Source: a virus (Duplodnaviria > Caudoviricetes). From it: DNA of 27,832 nt. The notes under the pieces are model-generated. The model saw only the letters and a list, made by a program, of their open reading frames with translations. It did not search any database and was not told the DNA's origin. The position numbers and the translations under genes are program-made. Each line of letters opens with the position of its first letter. Within the stretch, counting starts at the first letter, position 1. Shown one piece after another: positions 18,384 to 26,408 of this stretch. The stretch lies in the IMG/VR virus record IMGVR_UViG_3300017747_004591, positions 1 through 27,832 of that record. One strand, written 5' to 3'.

Positions 18384-18780
18384 TGTTGTAGTTGACCTTA
18401 AACGTGAAATTGTTTTCTTTTGGAGCAACGTTTTCTTTTCTTATTGCGTCCTTGTCGGCTTTTTCGTCCTCGAAGTGATATAAATCACGTTCATAAAGTC
18501 CAACATAACGATGAGCCATCCCTTTTTCAAGCACATTAGAATGAGTCTTTTGCGCTAAAGCAGCACGAGCAATTTCGTAATACGGTCTAAACTCTTCATA
18601 CTTTTTGAGTGCTTTCCAATGCTTTTCCTGCATGCCGTGAACAAGGGCATACCAGAAACTCCATGCGGTGCGAGGCGGTTCGGTTGGATCAGTCGGTTCG
18701 GTTGCCCATTTCACCAGGTCTTCCCCGAGCGCCGGGACCTCTAGTTCAGTAGGGTAATCCATTCTGGGTCTAACCATCAT
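18328..18780 (-). CDS. Probable terminase small subunit
   Basis: Helical 150-aa protein starting MMVRPR and overlapping the TerL start; ends in an FTFKVNY beta-strand. Confidence 0.6.
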   Translation of the reverse strand: MMVRPRMDYPTELEVPALGEDLVKWATEPTDPTEPPRTAWSFWYALVHGMQEKHWKALKKYEEFRPYYEIARAALAQKTHSNVLEKGMAHRYVGLYERDLYHFEDEKADKDAIRKENVAPKENNFTFKVNYNNAGNTVEVLPESVPASNS

Positions 18781-18983
18781 TGGACCTTCATTGTGGTTTT
18801 GATTGTTATAGTATCTACTGTTATTTTTGCTGCTGCCGTTGCATCCTGGAGGCATTTTTTGATGATAGGGTCGTCGTTGTTTAGTGTGATGGGGTCGTAG
18901 ATGAGAAATTTTTGTTTGTAGGTGCTACCATCGCCGTTTGGAGTTTCGCCCGTTAATGTAACCGTTAGCTCTATCAAGTTCAT
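18777..18983 (-). CDS. Hypothetical protein
   Basis: 68 aa, ATGA-coupled to the putative TerS. Confidence 0.65.
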   Translation of the reverse strand: MNLIELTVTLTGETPNGDGSTYKQKFLIYDPITLNNDDPIIKKCLQDATAAAKITVDTITIKTTMKVQ

Positions 18984-19052
18984 AATTTATATATAGGATA
19001 TTGTGCGAAATTATGACAAGGGAATATTTTTTTCGTTGGGCGATTATTTTTG

Positions 19053-19081
19053 TTGACACGGCACGTGTGTTGTGGTATATT
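19053..19081 (+). promoter_or_regulatory. Strong sigma70-type promoter, copy 1
   Basis: TTGACA-17-TATATT with TGn extension, followed by GACGCATATTA. Confidence 0.8.
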
Positions 19082-19207
19082 AGACGCATATTAGGACTGG
19101 ATCCCTGGAGCCCTTATCGTAGTAAAAAGGCAGGTTGAGCCATCGAGGTATGACAAGCAAAGTTAGAAGTTAGAATAGACAAACGAAAGGAGAAAAGGAG
19201 CAAGAAA

Positions 19208-19429
19208 ATGAGATATAATTTTGGTTTTGACGAGTACTTAGAGCGACAGGAGGAAAATTATATTGCGAGGGAGGATGTGATGGCTACAGACGCTGTGGAG
19301 TATGACGAGATCGCCTACTGGATGCAAGCGCTACAAGAGGCGATAAATGCTGACAAGATGGAGGACATAAAGATGGCGATGGACGAGTTATGCGGGTATT
19401 TAGATTGTAAATATATTTTGAACAAATAG
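19208..19429 (+). CDS. Small acidic hypothetical protein
   Basis: Double AAGGAG SD; 73 aa, very Asp/Glu-rich. Confidence 0.75.
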   Translation: MRYNFGFDEYLERQEENYIAREDVMATDAVEYDEIAYWMQALQEAINADKMEDIKMAMDELCGYLDCKYILNK

Positions 19430-19436
19430 GGGGCAT

Positions 19437-19646
19437 ATGGAATTGGAAGTTGTTTTAGTGAAATTTGCGGGGAATGTGCGGTATTATCCGGTAAACTCAG
19501 CGGCAAAACATTTACTATTGTTTGCTAAGCAGATGAGTTTTACAGAAAAACAGCTGCTAGACTTGCTGGATGACTTTGAGATTTGCGTTGGGACGGATGA
19601 AAAAGGAAAGAAAATTTATTTAGAAAGGGGAAGTGATTTATCTTGA
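19437..19646 (+). CDS. Hypothetical protein
   Basis: GGGGG SD; 69 aa with VRYYPVNSAAK. Confidence 0.7.
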   Translation: MELEVVLVKFAGNVRYYPVNSAAKHLLLFAKQMSFTEKQLLDLLDDFEICVGTDEKGKKIYLERGSDLS

Positions 19647-19671
19647 CAGGTGTGTTGTGTTATGATATATT
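19643..19671 (+). promoter_or_regulatory. Strong sigma70-type promoter, copy 2
   Basis: TTGACA-17-TATATT with TGn extension, followed by GACGCATATTA. Confidence 0.8.
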
Positions 19672-19787
19672 GGACGCATATTAAAACAGTCTATATTGTG
19701 AGGCTGTTGTAGGGAAAAATGCGGTTTGGCTATCGCTTGGAGACGGGCGAGGCTGGACCTAAAGCTAGACAAAAAAGGAGAAAAGTA

Positions 19788-20087
19788 ATGGGAAATATTG
19801 TAGAAGCAGACGTATTTAGTTGTGATTATTATAAGGAGCTGTGCGAGCGTATGGCTCTTATTTTGCAGCAGGAGAAGGAGCTAGCGGCGGAGAAGGAGAC
19901 AGTCAGGGAGGAGCTACTAGCGTACGCCGGCGGGGAGCGTATGGAGCATGGGATAAAAGTATCTTTTGTGCCAGGCTCTGATCGTGTGGACTATAAAGCA
20001 ATTGTTGAGTCCCTTGAAGTGCCGGGTTTTGTGATAGCTAGACACAGCAAGGTGGGCGATGGGCATTGGCGTGTAACAAAATATTAA
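19788..20087 (+). CDS. Hypothetical protein resembling the C-terminal region of YqaJ-type phage nucleases
   Basis: AAGGAG SD before ATG 19788; coiled coil then GIKVSF...RVDYKAI...WRVT. Confidence 0.6.
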   Translation: MGNIVEADVFSCDYYKELCERMALILQQEKELAAEKETVREELLAYAGGERMEHGIKVSFVPGSDRVDYKAIVESLEVPGFVIARHSKVGDGHWRVTKY

Positions 20088-20115
20088 CAAAAAGGCGCCC
20101 CGTGGAAGGGACGCC
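20086..20115 (-). terminator. Intrinsic terminator-like hairpin (minus strand)
   Basis: Minus strand GGCGTCCC-TTCCACG-GGGCGCC followed by TTTTTGTT. Confidence 0.5.
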
Positions 20116-20138
20116 AAACTAGAGGAAGGAAACTACAA

Positions 20139-20468
20139 GTGTACAACTCAAAAGATATCATTTTAAACGATTTTACGGATAGTGTGAACAAGCGTGAGAC
20201 GAAAAAAAGGATTTTGGGGCTCCAGCTCGAGTACCTGAAAGATCTTTTTTATTACGTGGATGACTGTAATGATTTCCGGCTGATGGCGGCTACCATGCAC
20301 TTTGTCACAGAGTGGGGGTATGATCCTAAGGATTTGCCAATAAATTTACGGGAGAGAGTGAAGGAGTACCACGACAGCCGGAAGGAATGCGAGAGGGTAC
20401 GCGAGGGATTTTGCGATGACTGGGCTAAGTACTGGGATCAGCTTGATGAGCAGGTAAACTCTCAGTAG
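20139..20468 (+). CDS. Hypothetical protein
   Basis: GAGGAAGG SD, GTG start, 109 aa. Confidence 0.6.
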   Translation: MYNSKDIILNDFTDSVNKRETKKRILGLQLEYLKDLFYYVDDCNDFRLMAATMHFVTEWGYDPKDLPINLRERVKEYHDSRKECERVREGFCDDWAKYWDQLDEQVNSQ

Positions 20469-20832
20469 TAGTTAGGTGTATTTCTAGGGCGTACTCTTTT
20501 GGTGCGCCCTTTTTTTGTTTTATTATCCATGATATTCTTGGGTCGGAGTCGGCGCGACCTTTGGCGAGACCTGGTATTAGGATGTCGGCGATGGTGTCTA
20601 TCACTTTTTTCATGGCGATAGGTAGATTATCGTGTGCGTCGAGGGATCTAGGAGCGATACGGGTCAGGGTGATGGTGACGGGTAGTGGTATGGTTGAAGG
20701 GCAGTGCTTGCGCCAAAATATTTTTATGATGTCGCGTTGCATGGTACGGCGCTTTGCTGCTTTGAGCCAGTGTTCGCGGAGGTTACTTTCGCTCTGAATC
20801 TTGACTGGGGCGGTGAAGCAGAGGTTAATCAT
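20425..20832 (-). CDS. RusA-like Holliday junction resolvase
   Basis: SESNLREHW...VTITLTRIAPRSLDAHDNLPIAMKKVIDTIAD...ADSD fits the RusA D-x-DN..K..D catalytic pattern. Confidence 0.7.
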   Translation of the reverse strand: MINLCFTAPVKIQSESNLREHWLKAAKRRTMQRDIIKIFWRKHCPSTIPLPVTITLTRIAPRSLDAHDNLPIAMKKVIDTIADILIPGLAKGRADSDPRISWIIKQKKGAPKEYALEIHLTTTESLPAHQADPST

Positions 20833-21011
20833 GCGTTTCTCTTTAAGTATAATGGTTTAGGTTTTTCCGGTGGTTTTTTCATGGGAATTTTGTAGGTATC
20901 ACCGTAGGCTTCGATGATGACGAGGGAGGGGTCGGCGTAGAGGAGAGAGACTTCTGGGTCTGGGCCTGGGGAGCAGGCGGTGAGGAGTAGTAGGAGGGGT
21001 AGGTATTTCAA
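20829..21011 (-). CDS. Small lipoprotein
   Basis: MKYLPLLLLLTAC: signal peptide with lipobox LTAC; Pro-rich mature part. Confidence 0.7.
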   Translation of the reverse strand: MKYLPLLLLLTACSPGPDPEVSLLYADPSLVIIEAYGDTYKIPMKKPPEKPKPLYLKRNA

Positions 21012-21364
21012 AATGGTAGTGGCTCTTGCTCGTAGTTTTGGGGCTTTGCGGTTCCTCTGGCGGCTTCGTTCGAGACGGCGGGCGGAGGCGCATTGTTTTG
21101 GAAGCGTTCGATAGCTTCCCTCGCCTGGATTTGGAAGCGGACGTATTTTTCTTTGTCGGGTATGGGGATGATGGAGGCATATTTTTTTACACCTTCGGCC
21201 ATGTACTCACGCTGTGGGAGGTTGACCCACGTCTTCCCGTCCTTCCGGTTGTAGGTGCATCCGGTGTATGTCATACCGGAGTCGCTGTCGGCGTCGGTGA
21301 GGTCACAGAAGCCCAAGAGGCAGCCTTTTTCAAAGGTTTTGAAGGCTACGCATTCAATTTTCAT
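21008..21364 (-). CDS. SpoVG-like nucleic-acid-binding protein with SSB-like tail
   Basis: LLGFCDL...GCTYNRKDGKTWVNLPQREY...KKYASII; ends EQEPLPF. Confidence 0.65.
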   Translation of the reverse strand: MKIECVAFKTFEKGCLLGFCDLTDADSDSGMTYTGCTYNRKDGKTWVNLPQREYMAEGVKKYASIIPIPDKEKYVRFQIQAREAIERFQNNAPPPAVSNEAARGTAKPQNYEQEPLPF

Positions 21365-21400
21365 TTTGTTCTCTTTTTCCTTCGTTGTGGGGTTATTTCG

Positions 21401-21571
21401 TTATTCGTGGTGGAGTGGTAGCTCCCACTCATCGATCTTTGCTTCTGGGGCCTTTAAACGGCCTTCGTGATGATGTCCTATCACTCCCGTTGCAAGCAAG
21501 CCAATGATTATCACGAGAATTCCCATGATGATAAAAATGATGTTGTCGAACATTTCAAATTTTTCTTGCAT
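21401..21571 (-). CDS. 56-aa single-pass membrane protein (not in ORF track)
   Basis: MQEKFEMFDNIIFIIMGILVIIIGLLATGVIGHHHEGRLKAPEAKIDEWELPLHHE; TAATG coupling to the upstream ORF. Confidence 0.65.
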   Translation of the reverse strand: MQEKFEMFDNIIFIIMGILVIIIGLLATGVIGHHHEGRLKAPEAKIDEWELPLHHE

Positions 21572-21705
21572 TAGCTACAAGCAATCCTCCACACCAAGAT
21601 TCCAAGGCCGCAAACCAGGAAAAATTTAGCTCCACACATTCCTGCATAGAACATAGCATCGATACTCATGTACAAGTCGCACTTATCACATCTTTTGTCT
21701 TCCAT
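21571..21705 (-). CDS. 44-aa membrane protein
   Basis: GAGGA SD before ATG 21705; MEDKRCDKCDLYMSIDAMFYAGMCGAKFFLVCGLGILVWRIACS. Confidence 0.55.
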   Translation of the reverse strand: MEDKRCDKCDLYMSIDAMFYAGMCGAKFFLVCGLGILVWRIACS

Positions 21706-21712
21706 ATCGTCC

Positions 21713-21844
21713 TCAAGTAAATAATACCAACTTCCAGATATAGCACACGATTCCGGCGGATGCAAGGATTACAAGCAGCCCGAAGACTTTTGCAAGGTTG
21801 ACTTCTCCAATGATTCTGTCTTCTTCGTTGATGGGGTGGTGCAT
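21713..21844 (-). CDS. 43-aa single-pass membrane protein (not in ORF track)
   Basis: MHHPINEEDRIIGEVNLAKVFGLLVILASAGIVCYIWKLVLFT; AAGGAAG upstream; overlaps the tail of the RHH ORF; stop abuts the next SD. Confidence 0.55.
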   Translation of the reverse strand: MHHPINEEDRIIGEVNLAKVFGLLVILASAGIVCYIWKLVLFT

Positions 21845-21993
21845 TTTTTTTCTTCCTTTTTCAAAAACTTGTTTATCAACATGAGCATGAGGGTATTTTT
21901 GCTGAGGCCTTGGGTATCCTTGGCGATAAAGGCATTGAGCCGCTTTAGGAGTGGGCCTGGTATACGTATCCTAAACTCAAGGTCTCTTTGCAT
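21769..21993 (-). CDS. Ribbon-helix-helix (Arc-like) DNA-binding protein
   Basis: FRIRIPGPLLKRLNAF...LSKNTLMLMLINKFL. Confidence 0.65.
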   Translation of the reverse strand: MQRDLEFRIRIPGPLLKRLNAFIAKDTQGLSKNTLMLMLINKFLKKEEKKCTTPSTKKTESLEKSTLQKSSGCL

Positions 21994-21995
21994 GG

Positions 21996-22436
21996 TTAGA
22001 GTAGGGTTTCACAATTTAAGTACTTTGTCGTCTCCTCGTCTGACACGCAGTCCGTAGGGCAGCCGTGAAACTGACAAAAATGTTCTTTTAAGGTCGCCTC
22101 GACTTGCAAGAGGTGGCTTTCCTCATCTTCTTCGGGCGCTCGGCTGCTGATGCTGAGGACGTGCGAGATAAAGTTGTCCCTTGTGCACAGTCCAGCTCTC
22201 TTCGCTATGCACGCGAAACGAAGCTGGTGCTCGAGGATCTCGTCAAGTGAGCAGGTAGAAGGAAAATTTTCGACGTACTCCTCTGTGATCCTGTCGACTA
22301 GTGCGTGGTGGTATTTTATGAAGATATTGTCGGGGTTTTCTTCATCTCCTAGATGAGGTGGGCATTTTGCCAATAATTCTTCGTGTTTGTCTGTCATATT
22401 ACCTTTTTCCTTGGGGTGGGAACGAAATGTCCCCAT
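21996..22436 (-). CDS. Hypothetical protein (start possibly 22397)
   Basis: Acidic, Cys/His-rich ORF filling the operon gap. Confidence 0.6.
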   Translation of the reverse strand: MGTFRSHPKEKGNMTDKHEELLAKCPPHLGDEENPDNIFIKYHHALVDRITEEYVENFPSTCSLDEILEHQLRFACIAKRAGLCTRDNFISHVLSISSRAPEEDEESHLLQVEATLKEHFCQFHGCPTDCVSDEETTKYLNCETLL

Positions 22437-22472
22437 CCTTTTTACGGCTATGATAGCCTATCGGCGGTTTTT

Positions 22473-22874
22473 TCACAAGGGGTTTTTAACCTTCGAAAAT
22501 TTCTTGTCAAGGATCTCGGTGAATAAATCAATCCTTTTTGATGCTTCATCATGGCTATAAAATACGCCAAGAATAAAATATTGAGGAAATTCTCTCCCTT
22601 CAAATATTGCATCCCAATTTCCTTTGATTGCCTCCTGGAGAGTTCCAATATGTCTGGCATATTCCTTTTTTTGATAATCCACCAAGAGCTCAGCTGTCCA
22701 GAGCGTTTTATTATCGTTGATCTCTGAATTGACATCTCTTCTTTCAATTTTTTCCTTGATCGACGTTAAGATGAAAGCGTTTTGGCTGTAATATGGCTTT
22801 ACCTCCTCCATTTTTTCATTTAACATCGCCCTAAGTTCGGGCGGCATTCTTATCGTTAGATGCGTATCTTCCAT
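22473..22874 (-). CDS. Protein with N-terminal Arc/RHH-like domain
   Basis: LTIRMPPELRAMLNEK...YSQNAFILTSIKEKI. Confidence 0.65.
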   Translation of the reverse strand: MEDTHLTIRMPPELRAMLNEKMEEVKPYYSQNAFILTSIKEKIERRDVNSEINDNKTLWTAELLVDYQKKEYARHIGTLQEAIKGNWDAIFEGREFPQYFILGVFYSHDEASKRIDLFTEILDKKFSKVKNPL

Positions 22875-22876
22875 TT

Positions 22877-24352
22877 TTAATATCCTCTAGGTTGCCATTC
22901 TTTTGTTTCTTCTTTTTTCACGGCTATGACTTCGTCTGGCCTCATTTTTTCTATGTCTGGAAATTCTATTAAACGTCCCTTATCATATCTATAAATGCAT
23001 TTTCCTAAATAACCTTGCATCCTATTTTTAGCCACTATGATTTCTGTATGATCCGGCAAATTATCGGCATACTGTGCGGGTCTATGCATTAACAAAATGG
23101 TATCGGCATCTTCCTCGATAGATCCTGATTCCCTTAAATCTGTTGTGACTGGTCGCTTGTCCGTTCTCGCTGCAGCACTTCGATTTAGCTGAGCTAGCGT
23201 GACAAATGGGATATTTAGCTCCTTTGCCAAGGTTTGAAGCATCTTGGAAATTTGATCAATCTCCATGTGTTTGTTTTGTAGATTTTTATCCGCTCTTACC
23301 AATGTTAGATAATCTGTCATAATGAAGTTAAGTCCTTGATCCATTATCGCTCTCTTAATTGATCGTTCCATAGATGAAGCGGTTACTCTTGCATGGTTAT
23401 GTAGGTAAATAGGCCATTCTTGTATGTCCCTGCATACTCTATAAATTTCTTGGTATTGCTCCTGACTAGGTTTCCTTCCTTTAACAATGTCATAGGGTAC
23501 ATTAGCTACCGTACTAATAAGTTTATCCCAAATCATTGTTTTACTCATCTCTAGAGAGAAAAACCCCACCTTTATTTTATCGGGATATCTAGCTGTTAGA
23601 TTCATAATAAGATTAATTAAGAATGTGGTTTTTCCTGATGATGATCTTGCCCCTATAATGTTGGTTGTCCCATTTTGAAACCCACCTATGAGCTCATCAA
23701 GTTTCCTATACCCTGTACGGAAGCCATCAAAGACGTCTACTCCCGATGCTACCAGCTCCATATCTTCGTCGAAAACCTCCATAAAGGACTTTCCTTTATT
23801 GTAGTTTTCGCAAATCTCCTTTAGCGAAACAAAATCCTTTCCGCTCTTCACGTCGATTTTATCCAAATTTGTTTTCATGTCCTGAATGAGCAAATGAGGC
23901 TCGTCGACTACATCCAATTGCTTCGCTGTAGATACAAGCATCTCATAGGCTTTTGAACGAAATCCATTGCTCTTTAGTCTATCTAAATAATAATTTACAT
24001 CGGCTGATGATCCATTATCATAAATAGCAAAAATCTCTGGCATTGGTATATCAATACCGCTGACTTTTAGATATTTTCCAATGGCCTCACAAACGCCTTC
24101 CAACTTATCGCCTTTGTAAGAGTCGTAAAGGGTACGCATAGCCATGAAAATGTGGCGATGCTCGTGGAAAAAAAACTCATTAGGCTCCAAGCTATCAAGC
24201 ATCACGCGCAGGGCATAGGTACCGTTCATCGCGGCGCCTAGAATGTAGGACTCTATCAACTGTTGCTTTTCTTCTTTGTCTTGCATGTCAATTAATCTAC
24301 CTTTTCTGGTTTTGAAACAACCACCACAACACAACTGGTCATTTAAGATCAA
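22877..24352 (-). CDS. dnaB: Replicative DNA helicase (DnaB family)
   Basis: TGYRKLD, Walker A GARSSSGKTT, FFSLEMS, DYLTLV, LAQLNR, DLRESGSIEEDADTILLMHR, VAKNR; start may be 24286. Confidence 0.97.
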   Translation of the reverse strand: MILNDQLCCGGCFKTRKGRLIDMQDKEEKQQLIESYILGAAMNGTYALRVMLDSLEPNEFFFHEHRHIFMAMRTLYDSYKGDKLEGVCEAIGKYLKVSGIDIPMPEIFAIYDNGSSADVNYYLDRLKSNGFRSKAYEMLVSTAKQLDVVDEPHLLIQDMKTNLDKIDVKSGKDFVSLKEICENYNKGKSFMEVFDEDMELVASGVDVFDGFRTGYRKLDELIGGFQNGTTNIIGARSSSGKTTFLINLIMNLTARYPDKIKVGFFSLEMSKTMIWDKLISTVANVPYDIVKGRKPSQEQYQEIYRVCRDIQEWPIYLHNHARVTASSMERSIKRAIMDQGLNFIMTDYLTLVRADKNLQNKHMEIDQISKMLQTLAKELNIPFVTLAQLNRSAAARTDKRPVTTDLRESGSIEEDADTILLMHRPAQYADNLPDHTEIIVAKNRMQGYLGKCIYRYDKGRLIEFPDIEKMRPDEVIAVKKEETKEWQPRGY

Positions 24353-25092
24353 TCTTTTTTCTCTTCTTTATCTATCTGCTTGATCTTGTTGATGTTAGAC
24401 TTAAATAACGCCATGGGACATTCGATTTTTGATGGTTCATTTCTCATGAGATTTTTATTACTATACATTGTTTTTTTAAGAGCTCTAGCGATAATTTCGG
24501 CCTCATTATTGCGTAGCATTAATTTTAACTCCAAGGGGTCGATCCAGGGAAGATTAGGATCTTTGACTATTTTTTCGTACAGCGCCTCCTTTTCGACGTT
24601 CATGTCTTTCTTTAGGGGGGATTTTTTTTCTTTTGGTTTTACCTCGTCTCTCTCTTCCTCATTTTTAGAGAGAGAGGGTTTGGGAGAGAGAGAAGAAGAT
24701 ATATTAAGTTTAGTATGTGGTATAGGTCTGGCAGATTTGCCAGTCGAGCTGGCAGATTTGCCAATCGTAAACATTTCTTGATTTTTGAAGGCATACCAGA
24801 TGGTTTTGTCTAGGGCGAGGTCGTTAAAATTTCCTTTTATCAAGACACCTTGCTCAACTAGGCTGTCGGTAAGCCTCCTCACCTGGTCAGCTGTAAAATA
24901 AATGTAATGGGAAGCTATTTCTTCGCGTGTTTGAAAAGTCCATGTTCGACCCTCATGGAAATTTATGCCTTGATTTATGTTGCTTTGTATCCAAAATTGA
25001 AAATGAGCGATTAGAATGGCTTCAGGCAGTCCATATTTTTGTGCAAATAGGGGGTTGAAAGCGTGGGCGGCGATCTGATTTTTGAGTTCCAT
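24349..25092 (-). CDS. Phage replication initiator protein
   Basis: wHTH-type N-terminus (AQKYGLPEAIL...HEGRTWTFQT...DKTIWY), low-complexity linker holding direct repeats, upstream of DnaB; SD AAGGAG 6 nt before ATG 25092. Confidence 0.8.
   Translation of the reverse strand: MELKNQIAAHAFNPLFAQKYGLPEAILIAHFQFWIQSNINQGINFHEGRTWTFQTREEIASHYIYFTADQVRRLTDSLVEQGVLIKGNFNDLALDKTIWYAFKNQEMFTIGKSASSTGKSARPIPHTKLNISSSLSPKPSLSKNEEERDEVKPKEKKSPLKKDMNVEKEALYEKIVKDPNLPWIDPLELKLMLRNNEAEIIARALKKTMYSNKNLMRNEPSKIECPMALFKSNINKIKQIDKEEKKD
24728..24763. repeat. Two iteron-like repeats, candidate replication origin
   Basis: CTGGCAGATTTGCCA at 24728 and 24749 (21-bp period), each a TGGCA-N4-TGCCA palindrome, next to a purine tract and AT-rich DNA. 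Confidence 0.65.
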
Positions 25093-25114
25093 ATAGGTCT
25101 CCTTGAGATTTTTC

Positions 25115-25175
25115 TTGCAAAACCAAGGAGGAAACAGTATGATCACTTGCGTAATTTTCTGGAATATCGTATGAT
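25115..25175 (+). promoter_or_regulatory. Two tandem antisense promoters
   Basis: TTGCAA(25115)-17-TATGAT(25138) and TTGCGT(25147)-17-TATGAT(25170). Confidence 0.7.
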
Positions 25176-25273
25176 TGCGATATTGTTATTCAGCAAGTGA
25201 TCAAGGCTCGTATCCTTGGTTAGTTAAGCCCTAGTACTTTAAGCATCCAGCTATTACTGGATGCTTTTTTTTT
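25150..25273 (+). ncRNA. Putative counter-transcribed antisense RNA to the initiator leader (about 90-125 nt)
   Basis: Bounded by plus-strand promoters and a plus-strand terminator, with no credible ORF between them. Confidence 0.6.
25241..25273 (+). terminator. Rho-independent terminator
   Basis: AAGCATCCAG-CTATTA-CTGGATGCTT followed by a T run. Confidence 0.85.
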
Positions 25274-25305
25274 CGCTCGGGCCGATTGGCGAAATCTCAC
25301 GCATT

Positions 25306-25773
25306 CTAAATCTGCTTAGCACTTTTTGTCACAGCATTTTTCGAATTTTTGGTTTTTTTGGGTTTTACATCCTGAAAAATGAGATTTTTTGGATTCCGAA
25401 TAGGTTCTTTTTTTTTCTCTACAATTTTTTTATTTTTTTTAATTCCATGTTCTTCGCAGTATTTTTTTACATATTCTGATGCTTCATTTTTCAAATACTT
25501 CCATAAAAATTCATTTATTTTTTGATCTATAAAAGACAATAGCGGATATCTGATTCTTTCGCCGTTTTCTTCACCAAATTGCTCATTCATGCGCACATTA
25601 TACCGCGTACCATTTTTAAAAACGCGCAGCCCTCGCAGGTCAAAACGCAATCCATCTATATCTAGATAAATATGTAGTGTACCCAAAAAGTGTTGGTTTT
25701 TGGTTGTTCCTGGGTAAAATTGCTGGATCTCTATAAGTATATTTCTATTTTTCTGTGATTGCTCATTTAACAT
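25306..25773 (-). CDS. Second SpoVG-like protein with basic C-terminal tail
   Basis: FLGTLHIYL...DLRGLRVFKNGTRYNVRM...GERIRYPLLSF. Confidence 0.5.
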   Translation of the reverse strand: MLNEQSQKNRNILIEIQQFYPGTTKNQHFLGTLHIYLDIDGLRFDLRGLRVFKNGTRYNVRMNEQFGEENGERIRYPLLSFIDQKINEFLWKYLKNEASEYVKKYCEEHGIKKNKKIVEKKKEPIRNPKNLIFQDVKPKKTKNSKNAVTKSAKQI

Positions 25774-26408
25774 TTGACTATTCCTTTTTTTAAACCATCT
25801 TCCATAATCTTGCTCGTTCCGCTTGCAGCAGCATTAGCAAGGCTTCTTTTGTACAAGTGTACATAGTTATAAAGCGTGGCCCTACTTATGTGCAGCGTCC
25901 GGCAGATTTCATCGATGGGGATGCTCTTGTCGGCGTGCATTTTTCCGGCTGTCAGTACTCTAGGGTCTTTTGGCGACATCGGCTTTCGGCCGCCCATTTT
26001 TCCGCGGGCTCGTGCCATCGCGATTCCGGCGTTTACTCTCTCGCGGGTTAGAGACGCTTCGAATTGCGCCAAGGCAGAAAAAAGGTGAAAGATCAATTCG
26101 CCTGTTGCTGTCGTCGTATCAAAGGAACCATCGGAGATAGATTTGAAGCCGATGCCCTTGGCCTTGAGGTCTTCGACTAGCTGCACAAGGTGTTTCATTG
26201 TGCGGCCTAGCCTATCCAGTCGCCATACAACCAATACGTCGCCAGTTTCAAGCCTCGCAAGGGCCTGGTCTAGCCCTGGCCGGCTAGTTTTTACCCCTGT
26301 TGCGGTGTCGGTGTAAATTTCCTCGCACCCTTCTTTTTTCAATCCATCTATCTGCATTTCGAGATTTTGGTATTCCGTGCTGATTCTTGCGTATCCTACT
26401 TTTTTCAT
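25767..26408 (-). CDS. Small serine recombinase (resolvase/invertase family)
   Basis: GYARIST (catalytic Ser), RPGL, GDVLVVWRLDRLGR, GGRKP arm, C-terminal HTH ISRATLYNY; start 26408 with AGAGGA SD. Confidence 0.95.
   Translation of the reverse strand: MKKVGYARISTEYQNLEMQIDGLKKEGCEEIYTDTATGVKTSRPGLDQALARLETGDVLVVWRLDRLGRTMKHLVQLVEDLKAKGIGFKSISDGSFDTTTATGELIFHLFSALAQFEASLTRERVNAGIAMARARGKMGGRKPMSPKDPRVLTAGKMHADKSIPIDEICRTLHISRATLYNYVHLYKRSLANAAASGTSKIMEDGLKKGIVKC

Noticed and set aside
22448-22747. Alternative-frame 99-aa ORF and the many other short overlapping ORFs in the track
   Set aside because: They are nested in or antisense to better-supported genes and lack an SD or recognisable motifs.
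25767-26408. Serine recombinase as phage integrase or tail-fibre invertase
   Set aside because: Too short for a large serine integrase, and no invertible fibre cassette or paired inverted sites are seen nearby.
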